Positions 42,250 through 56,293 of a DNA stretch of 64,000 nt are shown here, piece after piece. The position numbers and the translations under genes are program-made. This DNA comes from Callorhinchus milii (Eukaryota): contig NW_024704756.1 of NCBI RefSeq assembly GCF_018977255.1, positions 11,780,001-11,844,000 of the forward strand, written 5' to 3'. A model generated the notes under the pieces. That model did no database searches, was not told the DNA's origin, and worked only from the letters and a program-made list of their open reading frames with translations. Numbering within the stretch: the stretch's first letter is position 1; the number at the start of each line of letters is the position of its first letter.

Positions 42250-43050
42250 TGCCTTTTGCAAAAAACAAACTGTTATACTTACCTAAGGAATTCTCTTTTC
42301 AATTATATTTTTACTCATTAGTGTGAAATACTTCAATGGAAACCTATACTCAATTTCCACTTATTTCATTCAGTTCAAACACCTTCAGGTACTTGGAACT
42401 TCACAGAGATGTTTGGATAAATTCAGCTTGGACAAAATATTACCGAACCCCATTCTGAAAGAGGTTTTTTTCAAAGTAATGTTTTACAGACATTAATGTC
42501 ATCTGTGTTGTTATGATGAGTTGAGTGCCTGTTCATCCACAAAGCTGCAACCACTGATTTAGATTCAGCCCTTCACATCAAACTTACAAGGAGTTGTCAG
42601 CCCCATGTGCTCTCCCAGAATCAGATGGGAGAATCAAAGAGTAAAATCAGTTTTATTGCTCTCACTAATAAAGTAAAGTATTTGAAGACAGTCAGGTTCT
42701 TTTAAAATCAGTTGGATTTGTTGTGGTTGCATAAAGCTGTTCCAATTCTTTCTAAAATCAGCATCAAGAATGGGTATTGAGGCTTCATTATTTGGTTTCC
42801 ACATAGCTGATGCTCGCCTTCCAGAAAGCAACATTCTCCAGCTTTCAGCAAGTAATGCAGGTGATTTATTCCCGGCATCTTAACCACTGAACGTCCTTTC
42901 TGACATGAAATGCTAGCTGAAAGTAAATCTGTTTTCTGAAAAACAAATCTTGAAGTACTAATATCTTCATTTGCCATTTAGGTTCGGGAAATATGGGAAA
43001 CAAATGATGGTATATATGACAGGACGTTACAGTGCTCACCAATAACTTGT
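42250..43050 (-). mobile_element. Ancient LINE RT relic
   Basis: In order: QKGRSVV, ILDADFRKNWNSF (cf. DFxKAFDSV), GEHMGLTTPCKFDV (cf. GVxQGxxxSPxLFN), NTDDINV (cf. YADD). Confidence 0.5.
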
Positions 43051-43324
43051 CAGCACTTGTCAATAAATTATATAAATGTGCGTAGGTGTTATGTGCTACA
43101 GAATAGCAAGGCAAGTTAGAAGACTACATTATCTTTCAAACCTCCAACATGCTAATGTTCCTTCCCAATCTCTCCTCTTAAAAAGAGAAGGAAGTTTCTC
43201 CCGGCACCCTGACTAATGATCCCCCAGGTTAATTGATCATTGAAGCCAAGGTCCCTTCTGCCTATTCAGGCAGATGTTGGTGATCTCAACATACCTGGTG
43301 ATCCTGGGTGGGGTAAACCCTAAG

Positions 43325-43603
43325 GCAAGTTTCCTTACTCCAACACACCTCTGTTTACCTAGCAATAAATAGGAACCCGGTTGCTTTTCGATTGGTGGAT
43401 TGCTTTCCGCAAGTAATAATCTCTCCCCAAAACAATTTGGTTACACAATCCATGACTGTTTGTGGGACTTCTTCATGTTGTTAGTGATGTGATAATGAAC
43501 TCCTTCAGAAACAAATTAGATAAAGTAACTGCGAGGGGCGGTTTTAGCGCTCCGGGACACTACCCTGTGTGAAGGGCACCATATAAATGCAAGTTGTTGT
43601 TGT
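43325..43603 (+). mobile_element. Internal SINE fragment (43325-43469) and separate L2 tail (43531-43603)
   Basis: First part matches the older SINE body; second part matches the tail type at 581-640. Confidence 0.75.
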
Positions 43604-46600
43604 TAGATGGGTTCTTGACTGAAATGAACAAAATATTGTGGTTGTGAAGGAAAACAATAAAATTACAAAGGGGTTTATTGCAGAAGTAATTGCAGGAATG
43701 TTTTTTTTAAAGTAAAAGATTGATATTGCAAATTGTTAGAGGGGTTTTCATGCCCCACACAATATATAGTGGAAGAGCATTTAGGTAATTCTTCTTGTGC
43801 AGTCTTATCAATTGAAGGATTGATTAATTGAACATGTAATATGTAATATGTAATGTACAGTTATATATATTTTAATTGAAAATGCAGCTTAAATGTTACC
43901 CAGAGCTAAACTAAAGTATTTGTTTTACTTGAGCAGCCAGCCAGGTTATTCAACCGCAAATTGGAAAACATTAAGCATGGCCGATAATGAAACTATTGTT
44001 TTTCAGTCAATTTCGTTCAATTTATGCACCTTAAGGCCACATTTTGCATTATGATCCTAAATAAAATACAACACAAATATGATATGATGGTGACATAAAA
44101 CAATCATTAGCAATACTTACCAATGTGACTGAAGCAAAGATTTAGAATCACTTTCACTCAGTATTTAAAATATGATCAGTCACATACATTGTCGAATGCT
44201 AACTTTGATTATTGTCAAAGAAATCACAATTACCTGAGACAATTAACTAATGCAGCAAATTCCATGCAAGATAAATAATTTCCCTGAGTTTTGCTGTGAG
44301 CAATGTTGCAAATCCAGTCCAAAATAGCTCTTTCAAGAGCTGTTGGCTACTGTGCTTCACTTTGCATTCTTGTTGTTTTAAAAGAGCTTATTCATGTTCT
44401 GCTGACAGATTAAATGTGAGGTCACACCATTCACTTACAATTTAGGCAAAGCAAATATTTATGCATATTGAAGTTTTCTTTAGGCAAGTGCACAAAAAAC
44501 TTTTACATACAGGAATTCCTGTCTTACCTGCCTGTCTGAATCATAGGTGGGCAATACAATATCCATTTGTAATTTTTCTGATTCACTAAAGGGATCAAAG
44601 CCTTCCTCCTACTGCGATGTGATCTAGGGACAGCAGTGTCTCCCGAAGTGCTGTAACTGACATTATGGTTCATTATGAAACTTAGAAAATGCCAATGACC
44701 ATCACCATGTTTCCTCTTAATTGGCCTTGAAGCTCATCATGTCTCCAAAGCATCTTAAACCTTGATTGGTGTGTTTTTCTCTATGCCTCAAATGCTCCTA
44801 CACTTTCCATTACACTAAGAATCACCCCCACCTCTGATACTTTTCAATCTTCCTATTTTCCTCCAATCTCTTCTCTTTCTTCTGACTTCTGCTGCTTAGA
44901 GTACACCTGCGCTCCAAACGTGGCCATATTCTCATGTGTCTAAAGCACCCACTCCCACATTATTCTTCTCCGTATGTTTTTGCATCGATCCTGTCAGCCT
45001 GTGGCTCTGTGAATTGCATGAGTACAACCACATGTCTATCTGCAGTCCATGTCTGTACATAAAACTCCTCGATACTTGACCACCATGCTTGTGTTGATCA
45101 ACTTAACTTACACTAAATCTACTCTGTCACATTACAGCTATCAAATAGTGCACTTCAACTCTGCACAGTATAGTATACTTTTACCTAGTAAGAAATTTGG
45201 TCAGTTATTCTTGACATTCGATCCAGCCGATTTCTCAGTGAGGTAATTACACATGCCTTAGGATGCATTGATTTTGTTGTTTACACAAACGTATGTTGCT
45301 CTACCCAAGGACCCAATGTCCTTTTATCACCAATGCTTGCACATTCATCTATGGCAATTAGAGTAATCTAACCATTTAGTGTCAATTCAAACCAAACCAG
45401 AGTGTCAATGAGTTTACTGATTATAGTATAGAATGTGAACAGAAAGGAAGAACAAAATAAAATAAAAATTCATGAGTGTTTGTCCAGGCAAAACTAATTA
45501 AGGTGGTTTTGACTGTTCCTCCAGTGACTGATATGTGGTTATCATCTTCCCAGCATGCTGGCATTCACAGAAATCCATTTCCATTAGTTTTAATGGAAAA
45601 TTGAAAACTTCCAACAGTCCACTTGTGCAAGCTGTCAGAGTCTTGTTCCCTACTCCCAGGTCAACAGAAGTTATTAGTAGCTGGCAAAGGCTGTATTTAT
45701 TGCTGAAATTCTCAGTAATTAAGTCAGTGAAATCAGTGACTGCTCTTTCTTCATCAAAATGAAAAGGTAATATAATCACATCTGGATAATTAGAAAATCA
45801 GAAAAAAACAGTGAATTCAGATTGTGATGAGGTACATCTTACACTTATCTGATTAAACAATACTGTATTTGCTATTCCACAGAACCACAGACATTGACAA
45901 CACTGAAGAAGCCCAGGAGCTCACCATTTCTGGAACTGGTTCATTGAAATAGCAATCCATTCAGTCCCATTTATCTGCCTTTTCCCCATACCTGCTGCAG
46001 ATTATTTCTCTTAGATATCTACTTCATTTGCTCTTGAAACCTGATATAAAATCAACGCATCACAATGGCCACTAAGCCTGGCAACTCAGAATCCCAATCT
46101 CTTATAATATAATTGAATACAACAGTTGATATATAAAGATGGTGATCTGTCCTGTCCTACTGATGTGAGTTATTTCAATGGATAGCGATAAAGAAAATTA
46201 AAAAAGTTTATTGGATATAGCCCTAGCAGTAAAGACTAATCAATCCAATTACTGCTTAGGATATATATCTTCAAGCAAAGCACAGAATGCATCTTAATAA
46301 AAACTTGCTTGGTCATTTGACTTAATTTTGTTTCTTCCTAGGAATGTAAATAGTAAGTAACAATTCAAATGTGAATAAACAGAATCTGTATTAAGGTTCT
46401 AGTAATGTAATCATAGTTTTATACACAATTAAATTCTTCCAATTGTTGAATTTTATTATATTTTCTAGTGTATGTTCAAGAAGATAAAATTAGTGTAGGA
46501 GTGTAGAAAATGGTAAACAGCTGTGAAATGGTAAATCGAATAGCAAGAAGTCAAACTGTGGTAGATTAGTCCTGAAGCATTGGGATAACAGACATTCTTG

Positions 46601-47461
46601 TAAACCTTCATCAGATGCAAGTGATGAGTCACCTAATACTTCTATCTCCAATCCTTCAATACCAATATTATCACGAATGCAATGAACACATCCGTGTTCC
46701 TTTTGGCAACCCTTCAAGTTGCTAATAACAAGTTTAAGGTTGATTGTCCAAATGTCCACCCAATGCTGTTTCACCAGAGAAATGTGCAAGGGATAAGGTA
46801 ACTTTTTTTAGGTCAAATGTCATTCCGATGCTGCCTATAATTTGAATTGAGTAATGGGTAACAAACAGCCATGGATTTTATTTATCAGATTGAGAAAACC
46901 TACTTGTATAAAAGCCAGCATTCAGCAAAAAAAATTCATGAAGCATTACAATCAACTGCCACTTAATTGGTACTCTCTTGAATTAATTGCAGACAAGAAA
47001 TGGGTGAATTTGTTCCCATTGACTTAGAATGGAAAAGAATTACACTCTTAAAATAAATCATGTACTGTTTGTCATAAGGTGCGCTTGAAGTTTTGCAAAT
47101 TCAATAAATTACTATTGCATCACAGTTCATTTAAACTCTTTGGAATATGGTATCTGCCATATTGGTGCATTTTATTGATTCTTAAATTGATAAGGTGAAT
47201 GAGTAGAGTTCTCCCAATTTGGACACTAGTTTGTTTTTCTGTGTGAGGCTACAGTGATGAATTAATATGGTATTGATCAGACATAGCACTCTCTTGCCCT
47301 CGATTTTCTGTTCTAGCTACTCTTCAAATGGTTCAATCGGAATTATAACACAGTTTGCAACAACAACAAAAAGAGGTGAACATGGATGTTGGCTTCTGAT
47401 TTTGTTTGGGCTCGTGGATGAAAAGTGCTACTCTTGGTTTCAGTCTTACAAAATTATACAC

Positions 47462-47810
47462 GGTAAAACTACAGAGGGAGCGGACCAGCTAGAAGCTGCT
47501 TGGGGATGGTGGTAGGTGGTGGGGAACCTGTGAGAGTCTAGGCTGGGCGCTGCGCAATACCCAGGTGTGGGTGAGCGAGCCTGGGAGAGACAACAACCAA
47601 CAGTCAGCAATGGTGTGACGCAGACCTGGGAGAGAAGAGGAGGAGAGGAGACAGAATGCATAAAACGGACCGGGTAGATGCAACCGCTGGCCCCCAGGCC
47701 TGGGCAGTGAAGCTGCTTGTCTCTAGGAACTGACTGACTGTGAAGCTACTTGTTTCCAAACAAATACAATATATATATATTTATATTTAATCTTTGACAG
47801 TTTGGTGTCA
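47462..47810 (+). mobile_element. Probable LTR with primer-binding-site remnant
   Basis: ~340-bp GC-rich island with CATAAAA (~47659), ending TGACA (47799) and followed by GTTTGGTGTCA, which resembles a tRNA-Leu PBS (TGGTGTCAGAAG). The 5' TG and a TSD are not evident. Confidence 0.45.
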
Positions 47811-47967
47811 AGTCTCATGTCAAGGCTGGTGATGAGGACATTAAAAATTCCCCTCCATGTCAGTAATCGAAAAGAGGAGAGTTTCTCCTAGTCGATACAC
47901 ACTTTAAAACTATAGTCCAGCTCTGGCCTGACCACACCTGGAGTCCAGTGTTCTGCTCTGGTCACTT

Positions 47968-48261
47968 GTGGAGTCCTGTATCTCAGTGGTTAGAGCATTT
48001 GCGTCGAAAGGAAGAGAACCTGGGTTTGATTCCCTGGACTGCGAAATATTGGGCAAGTGTCCTTACTCCACACACCTCTGTTTACCTAGTAACAATTAGG
48101 AACCTGGTTGTCAGTCGAATGCCGGATCGCTTTATATTTTGCTGCATTTTGCCTACAAAATATACAATCAATTCATTTTGTAGTATATTCTGTGAAGCAC
48201 TTTGAGTCGTCTCGAAGACGTGATAAAGCACTATATCAAATGCAAAGTTTATTATTATTAT
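47968..48261 (+). mobile_element. Older-type SINE nested in a decayed CR1 fragment
   Basis: Head and TCGAA-loop tail present, Deu block deleted. The flanks GACCACACCTGGAGT..CTGGTCAC | ATAGAAAAGACAT rejoin as CR1 ORF2. Confidence 0.85.
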
Positions 48262-49849
48262 AGAAAAGACATGCTGAAGAATAAGGATCTAACAATGATT
48301 ACAAGATCTTGACTGAAGAGGTGAAGCTTGGGTCATTTTGTATGAAAATATGCATCACTAAGGGAAGAGAATTAATTATTGGGAGTAGCTATAGGCTACT
48401 ATTCTGAAAGGTTGCAATTAAGGTGAACCAATGAGTACAAGTGCTAAAGGGATTCTGCCAATCCATAGTACTTTTTAAAATTTCCCCAAAATGGCAAGCT
48501 GAATGCAAGGGACCATCCAACATGACATGGCAATAGAGGCAATGAAGTGGCATAGGGTAAATCTGGAGAAATACTACATACAATTTAAAATCTATTGCTG
48601 AGGCTGAGATTGTGTGCAGCCTGAAAGGTGGGAAAAGCTAAGTGCCAGGAATTCTAAAATCATTGGATTTAATGTTGTGCCATGGTCTGCAGTAAGGCAT
48701 AATAAAATTAATGAACCGGATTTCAGAAGAGCTGATTTCTTATCCATGATGGAGAAACGAGGGAGGATAAATTGAGTAATAATGATGGGAGTAAAACTGA
48801 ATATTTTCAAGGGCAAATCTAGAGGGGTTGCAATTTAACATTGAATTGTTAAAAAAAAACTACTTTCTTCTACTGCCTCTCACTTGCGACCTGCTGTTTG
48901 TGATTGCTAAGATAGAGATTTAAAAGCTAAAACTGAAATAAATGTGCAAATGTATTGTGTACACTTGCACATCAGTCCACATACACTGAGCATACACATA
49001 CAGCATGTACAGTTTCAGTCAGAACCTGCTATGGTGAGCGAGCTACACTCTGGAATAAATGGAGCAGCTCTGGTAATCTAAGGATTCAGATTCAATTGCA
49101 AACCTTATATTATGGCACCATGTCTCAGGAAAAAGATGAAAGAGTGGCCCTTACCCACCTTACCAGCAGTAAAGGGAGAGACCATAGTAAGACCCTAAAG
49201 CAACTTGCATTTTTAAACTGGGACAACAAAATATAATTAGCCCTATTTCCAATACACAGTACCCAAATTATTATAATTTAATTTTAATTTTTAGTTACTT
49301 TCCTCTGCTGCTTATGGAATCTATCCTATCAGAAATCCAAAGAGAGTAAATAACCGGAAGCTACTCTTCCTTAAAATATTTTCCTCTTTTTTTAGACGTC
49401 TGAGTCAGGCCGTCAAACTGCATCACTCTGTTAACCTCACCCTTTCCTGTTATTGATTTTGCTTACTTCATTTACTTGCTGTTACAGCAGGATGGTTCTG
49501 TGACAGAAACCATGACCACATACCCCCAGGACAAATCACTCACAAGAATTTTGATTCCCGATAAGGTTTTATTCAGAGCTTTCAATTGCCTCAGGAATGA
49601 AACTATAATGCTTTGAGTGCATTTTTTGTTTATCTTCCCTCTGGAAGGAATAGCTGACTATTCTTTTTTCTTAGTAATGCGGTTTTGATTGCTGATAGTG
49701 ACATTGTGATAAACTTACATTTAATTATTGATATTAGGTAATGGTTAAGCAAAATGCAGGGATAAGCTCACTGATAAAAATTCAAATAATCCCTGATTAA
49801 GAACATGTTTCTTACCACTCTCCCACCGCCCCCGCAATGCCGAGAGATC

Positions 49850-50900
49850 TCAACAGATTATGCTCTGGATGTGTGAGCTGCGTCACTGGAGATGAGCAAC
49901 TAGGGAATGTAAGATGCATTGTTTATAGGTGCAGTACTTTGACTGATGTAAGAGAATGTGCATTAATAAAGTTCATAAGACTTAGCAGACATGTTCACCC
50001 CAGGGTATCTTGCCTCATTTATCACTCATTATTTTCAACAAGACATGGAAAGGAAGAAAGTGCATGTAATTAGGGAATGTTTGAACCCTGGGACCTTGTC
50101 TTACTGTACTTTTATTCCATCTGCTGTAGGGCAGCTGGTATCTGGTACATGTATGTGGTGTGTGAGAGGCTGACAGTTAGGTAGGCCTTGATCTTTGGGA
50201 TCTCTACAATGTAATATATACCAACATGTCCATCCAACCTATTGTAAACTGTAGCGGTTTTCATCCATCCTTACACTATGCTGAGATGAGGTTGGGTGGA
50301 GGAAATACATTCAGATGGAACTGCTATTTCACAGGCCCTTAAGTACAAAGTTTGGCTCCAATATCCAGATGTGGAAATGTGTCAGTTTTTATAGTACTCG
50401 TTAGACAGGCTAGGATGGAGAATGGCAAGATTCCTAATCCAGAGAGCCTTCTAACAACTTCTGGAGAGATTCTCAATGAAATCAGAGATGGAGGCACTTG
50501 CAGATGCTTGCTTTACCATTCAGTGTCATATTAAAAAGAAGGTATGATCATGATATTAACTGACTTTGTTGGGAGAAATAAACCTACAATTGTTTTGCTT
50601 CCAGAGCCTATATATTCCTGATGGAGCAGGCGTCCTGTTCCTCTTAAATAAGCTGGGGAGTGGTTAGCCAGAGATCTGATGACAGTATGGTTGATAGACG
50701 TAATGGTGTATTGGTAAGAATACTGAACAAACACGAGTCTAACAAGATCCTTAAGAAGACTGTTATTAAGAGACACGTCCATCTTACCTTGTGGCAGCAG
50801 TGAAAAATATATTGTTGATCCACTTCTGAGCAGGATGGCAGGAAACTATCAATATATGCTGAAGAACTGGCAAGGTTGACACAAAGTCAAATGACAGTAA
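49850..50900 (+). mobile_element. Ancient RTE-clade LINE RT/C-terminal relic
   Basis: SLHYAE (~50270, cf. LLYADD), STKFGSNI, ESLLTTSGEILNEI, ADACF...KKKV, WLAR..SDDS and AGWQETI occur in RTE order. Confidence 0.55.
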
Positions 50901-51234
50901 ATGTGACCACAGTCATACTGTTGCTATGTGAAAAGAGGTCACAAGTAAGAAGAGAAATCAGATAAAGAAAAGCTCAGCATTGACATGGGAGTTGAAATGA
51001 AGCTTTTTCAGTACAGATCATGATGGCATAGCATACCAAAGGAACAGTGCATTGAAACACCAAGTAAATACGCCCAGAGAGCACCTTACAATTACATATA
51101 GATTAATTGTAAAAGGAATTGTCACCATGAAATCAACACAAAATTAACACCAAGTTAATTTTTCTAAACAAAATGTTTAGCATATTCAATTTAAGAATAA
51201 TCAAATATACAAACCAGAGCATTAAATATTAAAG

Positions 51235-51522
51235 CTCTGGGTTTGAAGCTACACATCGGGAATTTGAGATCATTGTGTAGTTTAAACCAAGGTCCTGTTC
51301 AGGTGGATGTTAACAATCCCATGGCACTATTTGAAAAGAGAATGGAGTTTCTCCCAGAGTCCTGACCAACAAGCCACCATATTAAATAAATAATTAAAAT
51401 CATGACTGTTTGTGGACATTGCTATGTGCAAATTAGCTGCTGTGTGTGCCTACAAATGCACATTAACTACACTTTGCAGTAAATCCTGTGAAAGCGCTAT
51501 AGCGAATGCAAAGATTATTATT
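51235..51522 (+). mobile_element. Old DeuSINE
   Basis: TTAAACCAAGGTCCTGTTCAGGTGGATGTTAACAATCCCATGGCACTATTTGAAAAGAG is the Deu core; (ATT)n tail follows. Confidence 0.82.
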
Positions 51523-52329
51523 AGGCAAGCAAGGCGATACTCGTCATATATCATATTTTAATTTTCTTACTTGGTGGTGATACCACTCACACAAAAAAAA
51601 TGTAATTTCATGTTTTTGAGTTATCAGTAGAACCACTTGACTGCTAACTGTCAATTGTTATTATAAATGCCTTTTAAAATGATGCATTATTCTGCAGACC
51701 ATTACCTCCCAGTGCATAACTAACAATTTAAAACATACATTTTAGTTTAAAGGTGTGGAAGTCACCTTCACACTCTACCAAGGAATATTGGCTAAACTCA
51801 CTTTTAGAATGACTTATTAGGAAGCAGTGCCAATGACAACTTTTACATGGAGCCTTCTTGAGAACGTTATGGATGTGTGACTCACTAGAAAGTACTTTAT
51901 TTTCCAATGTTGGCACTTTATAATCAACTGTACAGTTAAAAAAATTAATAATATTCCAGAATCTGTGTTAGCGCTAAAGTGCTGGCAATATATTTTAGTT
52001 GAGGACTGATATGTACATGGAATTTTATGTGCTGCCTTTTGGGCATGAAAACAATTTATGGAAAGATGCTAATATTATTAGGTGGTCTAGTCAGTGCAAA
52101 ACTGGCACATTCAGGGTGACTATTGCCAGTGCTGACTGGACTAAGGTAATCAAAGAGAAGTTATAGGTATTTTGTCATTCAAGCCCATCTCCTGTTGAGA
52201 CAACAAATCTTTGACATGGATACGTTCCACAGAGACAATTATAGGATTCTAATAATTTGATTTCACAGCTAAGAAGCACATGATGTTCTTCAAGAAGTGC
52301 AACAAGAAAAATATATATTCTTAAAGCAC

Positions 52330-52548
52330 GGGATGAAGAGAATGTGGAACTTGCTGCTGGAAGCTGTGGTGGAAGCAGAAAAAGTATCCACATATTTTAG
52401 AAGGAAACTTGATGTACATACGAGGGAGAAGTGAATAGAGGGTGTAGGACAAGGGATTCAGATGAGTGGAGGTTTTTTGTGCAGAAAAGCATTAATGTGG
52501 ACTAGTTGAGCCGAATGGTCTGTTTCTGTGCTGTAAAGTTTCAATATG
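52330..52548 (+). mobile_element. Old CR1 3' end
   Basis: WNLL..AVVEA..FRRKLD-like reading and terminal GAGCCGAATGGTCTGTTTCTGTGCTGTAA. Confidence 0.7.
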
Positions 52549-52753
52549 CAAAAATGCAAAACTGCAGTGAGCTTTGACATCTACACAAATGTGAAATACA
52601 AAACTCTTGAAACCCCAAATCAACAGTTTCCCCCAGTTATAAGAAAGAACCAGAACCATTTTAAATGTTCAAGGTACAATTGTCTGATAAGCTTAGACTA
52701 AGCACAATTTGGTGCCAATGTCCTTTTACTCTGAAAACCAATCTTGCTGATAT

Positions 52754-54023
52754 CTATATCAATAATCTAGATGAGGACATAACTAGGTGGGAGAGTAAGC
52801 TCTGAGGATAATAATAATAATAATAATAATCCTTGCATTTGATATAGCGCTTTTCACGTCGGGAGGACGTCCCAAAGCGCTTCACAGAATATACTGTAAA
52901 GTGAATTGACTGTATATTTGTGGGCGAACGCGGCAGCCAATTGCGCACAGCAATGTCCCACAAACAGTCGTAGATTGAAAATGACCAATTTATTATTGTT
53001 TTTGGTTTTTGGAGGGATTATTATTAGGCGTGTGGAGTAAGGAAACTTGCCCAAGGTTTCGCCCTGCCTGGAATTGAACTCAGGTCTCTCGCTTGCAAAG
53101 CGAGTGCTCTAACCACTGAGCTACAGGACTCCACAAAAGGATGACACAAAAAGATTGCAAAGGGATATAGACAGGCTAGGTGAGTGGGCAAGAAGGTGGC
53201 AGATGGAATATAATGTGGGAAAGTGTGAAGTTATTCACCTAGGTAGTAAAAACAGAAAAGCAGATTATTTTCTAGAGGGGGAGAGACTAGATAGCACTAA
53301 TGTTCAGAAGGATTTGGGTGTCCTTGTACACCAGTCACAAAAACTTAGTATGCAAGTACAACAAGCAATTAGGAAGGCTAACGGCACGTTGGCATTTATT
53401 GCAAAAGGGTTAGAATACAAGAGTAGGGAAGTCTTGCTGCAACTGATAGGGCCTTGGTGAGACCACACCTAGAGTATTGGGTGCAGTTTTGGTCTCCTTA
53501 TTTAAGAAAGGACATACTTGCCTTAGAGGGGTGCAGCGTAGATTCACTAGGTTAGTTCCTGGGATGAGGGGGTTGACCTATGAGAATAGGTTGAGTAAAC
53601 AAGGTCTATATTCTCTAGAATATAGAAAAATTAGGGATGATCTTATAGAAACATATAAGATTCTTATGGGGCTTCACAGAGTAGTCAGTGTGAGATTTTT
53701 CCCTGGTAGGAGAATCTATAACTAGGGGCCACAGTCTTAAGATTAAGGGGCAGCCCTTTCGAACAGAGTTGAGGAAACACTTCTTCATTCAGAGGGTAGT
53801 GAATTTATGGAATTCTCTACCCCAGAAGGCTGCAGATGCTCAGTCCTTGAACATATTGAAGACTGAGATTGATAGATTTCTAAAGGATAGAGGGATTAAG
53901 GGATATGGGGATAAAGCGGGCAGATGGAGTTAGGTTAAAAGATCAGCCATGATCTTATTGAATGGCGGGGCAGGCTCGAGGGGCCGAATGGCCTACTCCT
54001 GCTCCTAATTCCTATGTTCCTAT
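52754..54023 (+). mobile_element. CR1 LINE 3' ~1 kb (RT C-terminal half), frameshifted and interrupted by a SINE
   Basis: ORF 53155-53460 (LQRDIDRLGEWARRWQMEYNVGKCEVIHLG...KDLGVLV...) and 53477-53725 (VQRRFTRLVPGMRGL) are CR1 ORF2. The element ends CCTATGTTCCTAT. Confidence 0.95.
52810..53137 (-). mobile_element. Full-length young SINE with 5-bp TSD AGGAT
   Basis: Near-identical to the 55965-56293 and 62768-63097 copies. AGGAT occurs at 52805-52809 and 53138-53142. Confidence 0.97.
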
Positions 54024-55964
54024 CTGGTCTGCTATATATACATACATTGCTTTTCTACCATCTCATTTGGGCTCTTTAAGGTTTTAAATATATATATTAT
54101 GTGTGTATATAATATATATATTATAATTGCAGAAAATAATAAGCCTTTTTGTTTGGGAGCAATATGTATTATTATTGTATGTTATGTCTGTATAAAAACA
54201 ATTAAAATTGAATGTAAAGTATAATAATAATAAACAACTGTATAGATTTGGAACGACTGTTTATAGATGTGTTTTATATACTTTTGTGAAGCTGTTTTTC
54301 AAACACTAACTAGCTCCTAGAAGCTGAAGCTTATTAAGCAGGAAACTTTTTATTAAAAAGCAATGGTATGGGGTAAGTAAGAGATGAAAACAGCTGAACA
54401 GCCAGTTCAAGTAAGTCATTAAAGAAATAAAACTGCTTTTGGCATTCTATCCAGATGACAGCAACACATTTTTCTCACATCTAACAATGTGTCATCTGTG
54501 ACTTTAATTGCTTCCGAAACTCTCAAAGCAGAAGTCATATTGATAAGGTTATCCAAATAAATGAAGAAATCACCAACTATTTACCACCATATTCCAAATA
54601 AAACTAGTTGGGAATGGACTTGCAGAGTTTGTTGAGCAAATGGCTTTTTAATAAAAAATTAGGAGGCAACTTTTGCTGGTTCAAGTTGGAAACATTGGTG
54701 AATAGTGTAATTGACTTAAATGGTGTTTCACTTCATTTCACTTCACAAGCAGTCATCCATTACCACCGTGTTAAGCCATCGTAGTGTGTAGTGTAGGAAA
54801 TGTAGTGTGGTATCTATCGGAACAGTTCACTGCCAATTGTATTAAGGAAAAGAGTTGCACACCTTCCCAACTTTGGATTTTTTTTAACATTATTTCATTT
54901 TCTCCCACTCCTGCCACACGCCATTTGTTCCCAATCAGAAGGGCAGCCAGACAACTGCTCCCAGGCTTCTGCCAAAATCACTGTTGATACAGCTGGTAGG
55001 AGGTGGAAGAAAACTGCCTGGGTGACTCATTTGGCAATTTTCCCTCGCTCCCCGAGGGTAAATGTTCCAAAACAATATATAAAGAAGACTGTACAATAAA
55101 AGAAGACATTTAGAAATTGGAAACACACTTGATTTTAATCTGTCTGGACTCCAGTTAGTTTTCCCATGTTGTTCCTTCTGTTCTCGAGGTCACAACCATT
55201 CCCCTCTCTTCTAGCACTTCATGCCAGACAATAAGTACTCAATACCTCCTTCCCCACAGCAGTCATCCATTCTCCCTTTGTCAAGGCTACTGTGTCGCAA
55301 TGCTTAAAAACATTTCCTTAAAAAACTATTTTTTATCAAAGTTTTCAAACATCAAGAACTCGTGTCATTTTTTTGTGTCAAATCTGTACACTCAGCAACT
55401 TATAAGGGACATTTTATTTTACTTAGGATTGTTATAGAAGCTCATCCTCCATGTCAAAAATTCTACCTCAGTTGTGCTTTGGCAGGTGGTATTGTGCTGT
55501 GAATAGGAAGGTAATACAGTACATATATATAGCACAGTTGATAATCCAGTTGGTAAAGGCACTACTTGGTGTAGAGCAAACTTAAACAAATCACCCCCCA
55601 TTGAAATGATCCATTATGCTTTGAATACCTTTCAGGTGTTTTTTTTTATCATGACAGGATATGCACAGTGGTTTGATGAGAGTTAGCATTTTCCTTTTAT
55701 GAGGCAGAACTCCAGTAAATCTGTCAATCCACTTTCTGCTTTCAACTCTGCTTCACCAACATGTGAAAAGCTAGCAGGTTCAATGTAATCTGAAAGGCAA
55801 TTATTGCAGAGAGTAGACAGCAGTACCATTTGTTGGAAAGATATTCAAAATTATCCGCCAGCCAGGCTATTACCCATCACATTCTTCTTAACTGAATCAA
55901 GACCTGAGCTTCAAACTCCAGGATCAAAACCTGAGCATTGGTTTGACAACAAAACGATGCAGTT

Positions 55965-56293
55965 ATAATAATATAATAATAATAATCCTTGCATTTGATA
56001 TAGCGCTTTTCACGTCGGGAGGACGTCCCAAAGCGCTTCACAGAATATACTGTAAAGTGAATTGACTGTATATTTGTGGGCGAACGCGGCAGCCAATTGC
56101 GCACCGCAATGTCCCACAAACGGTCGTGGATTGAAAATGACCAATTTATTATTGTTTTTGGTTTTTGGAGGGATTATTATTAGGCGTGTGGAGTAAGGAA
56201 ACTTGCCCAAGGTTTCGCCCTCTGCCTGGAATTGAACTCAGGTCTCTCACTTGCAAAGCGAGTGCTCTAACCACTGAGCTACAGGACTCCAAT
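55965..56293 (-). mobile_element. Full-length young SINE with 5-bp TSD CAGTT
   Basis: CAGTT occurs at 55960-55964 and 56294-56298; CpGs are retained. Confidence 0.97.

Noticed and set aside
46469-46797. Segment bounded by TTTTCTAG and AAG/GTAACT resembling an exon; 99-aa minus-strand ORF
   Set aside because: All three plus frames contain stops and no protein is recognisable. A non-coding exon cannot be excluded without RNA data.
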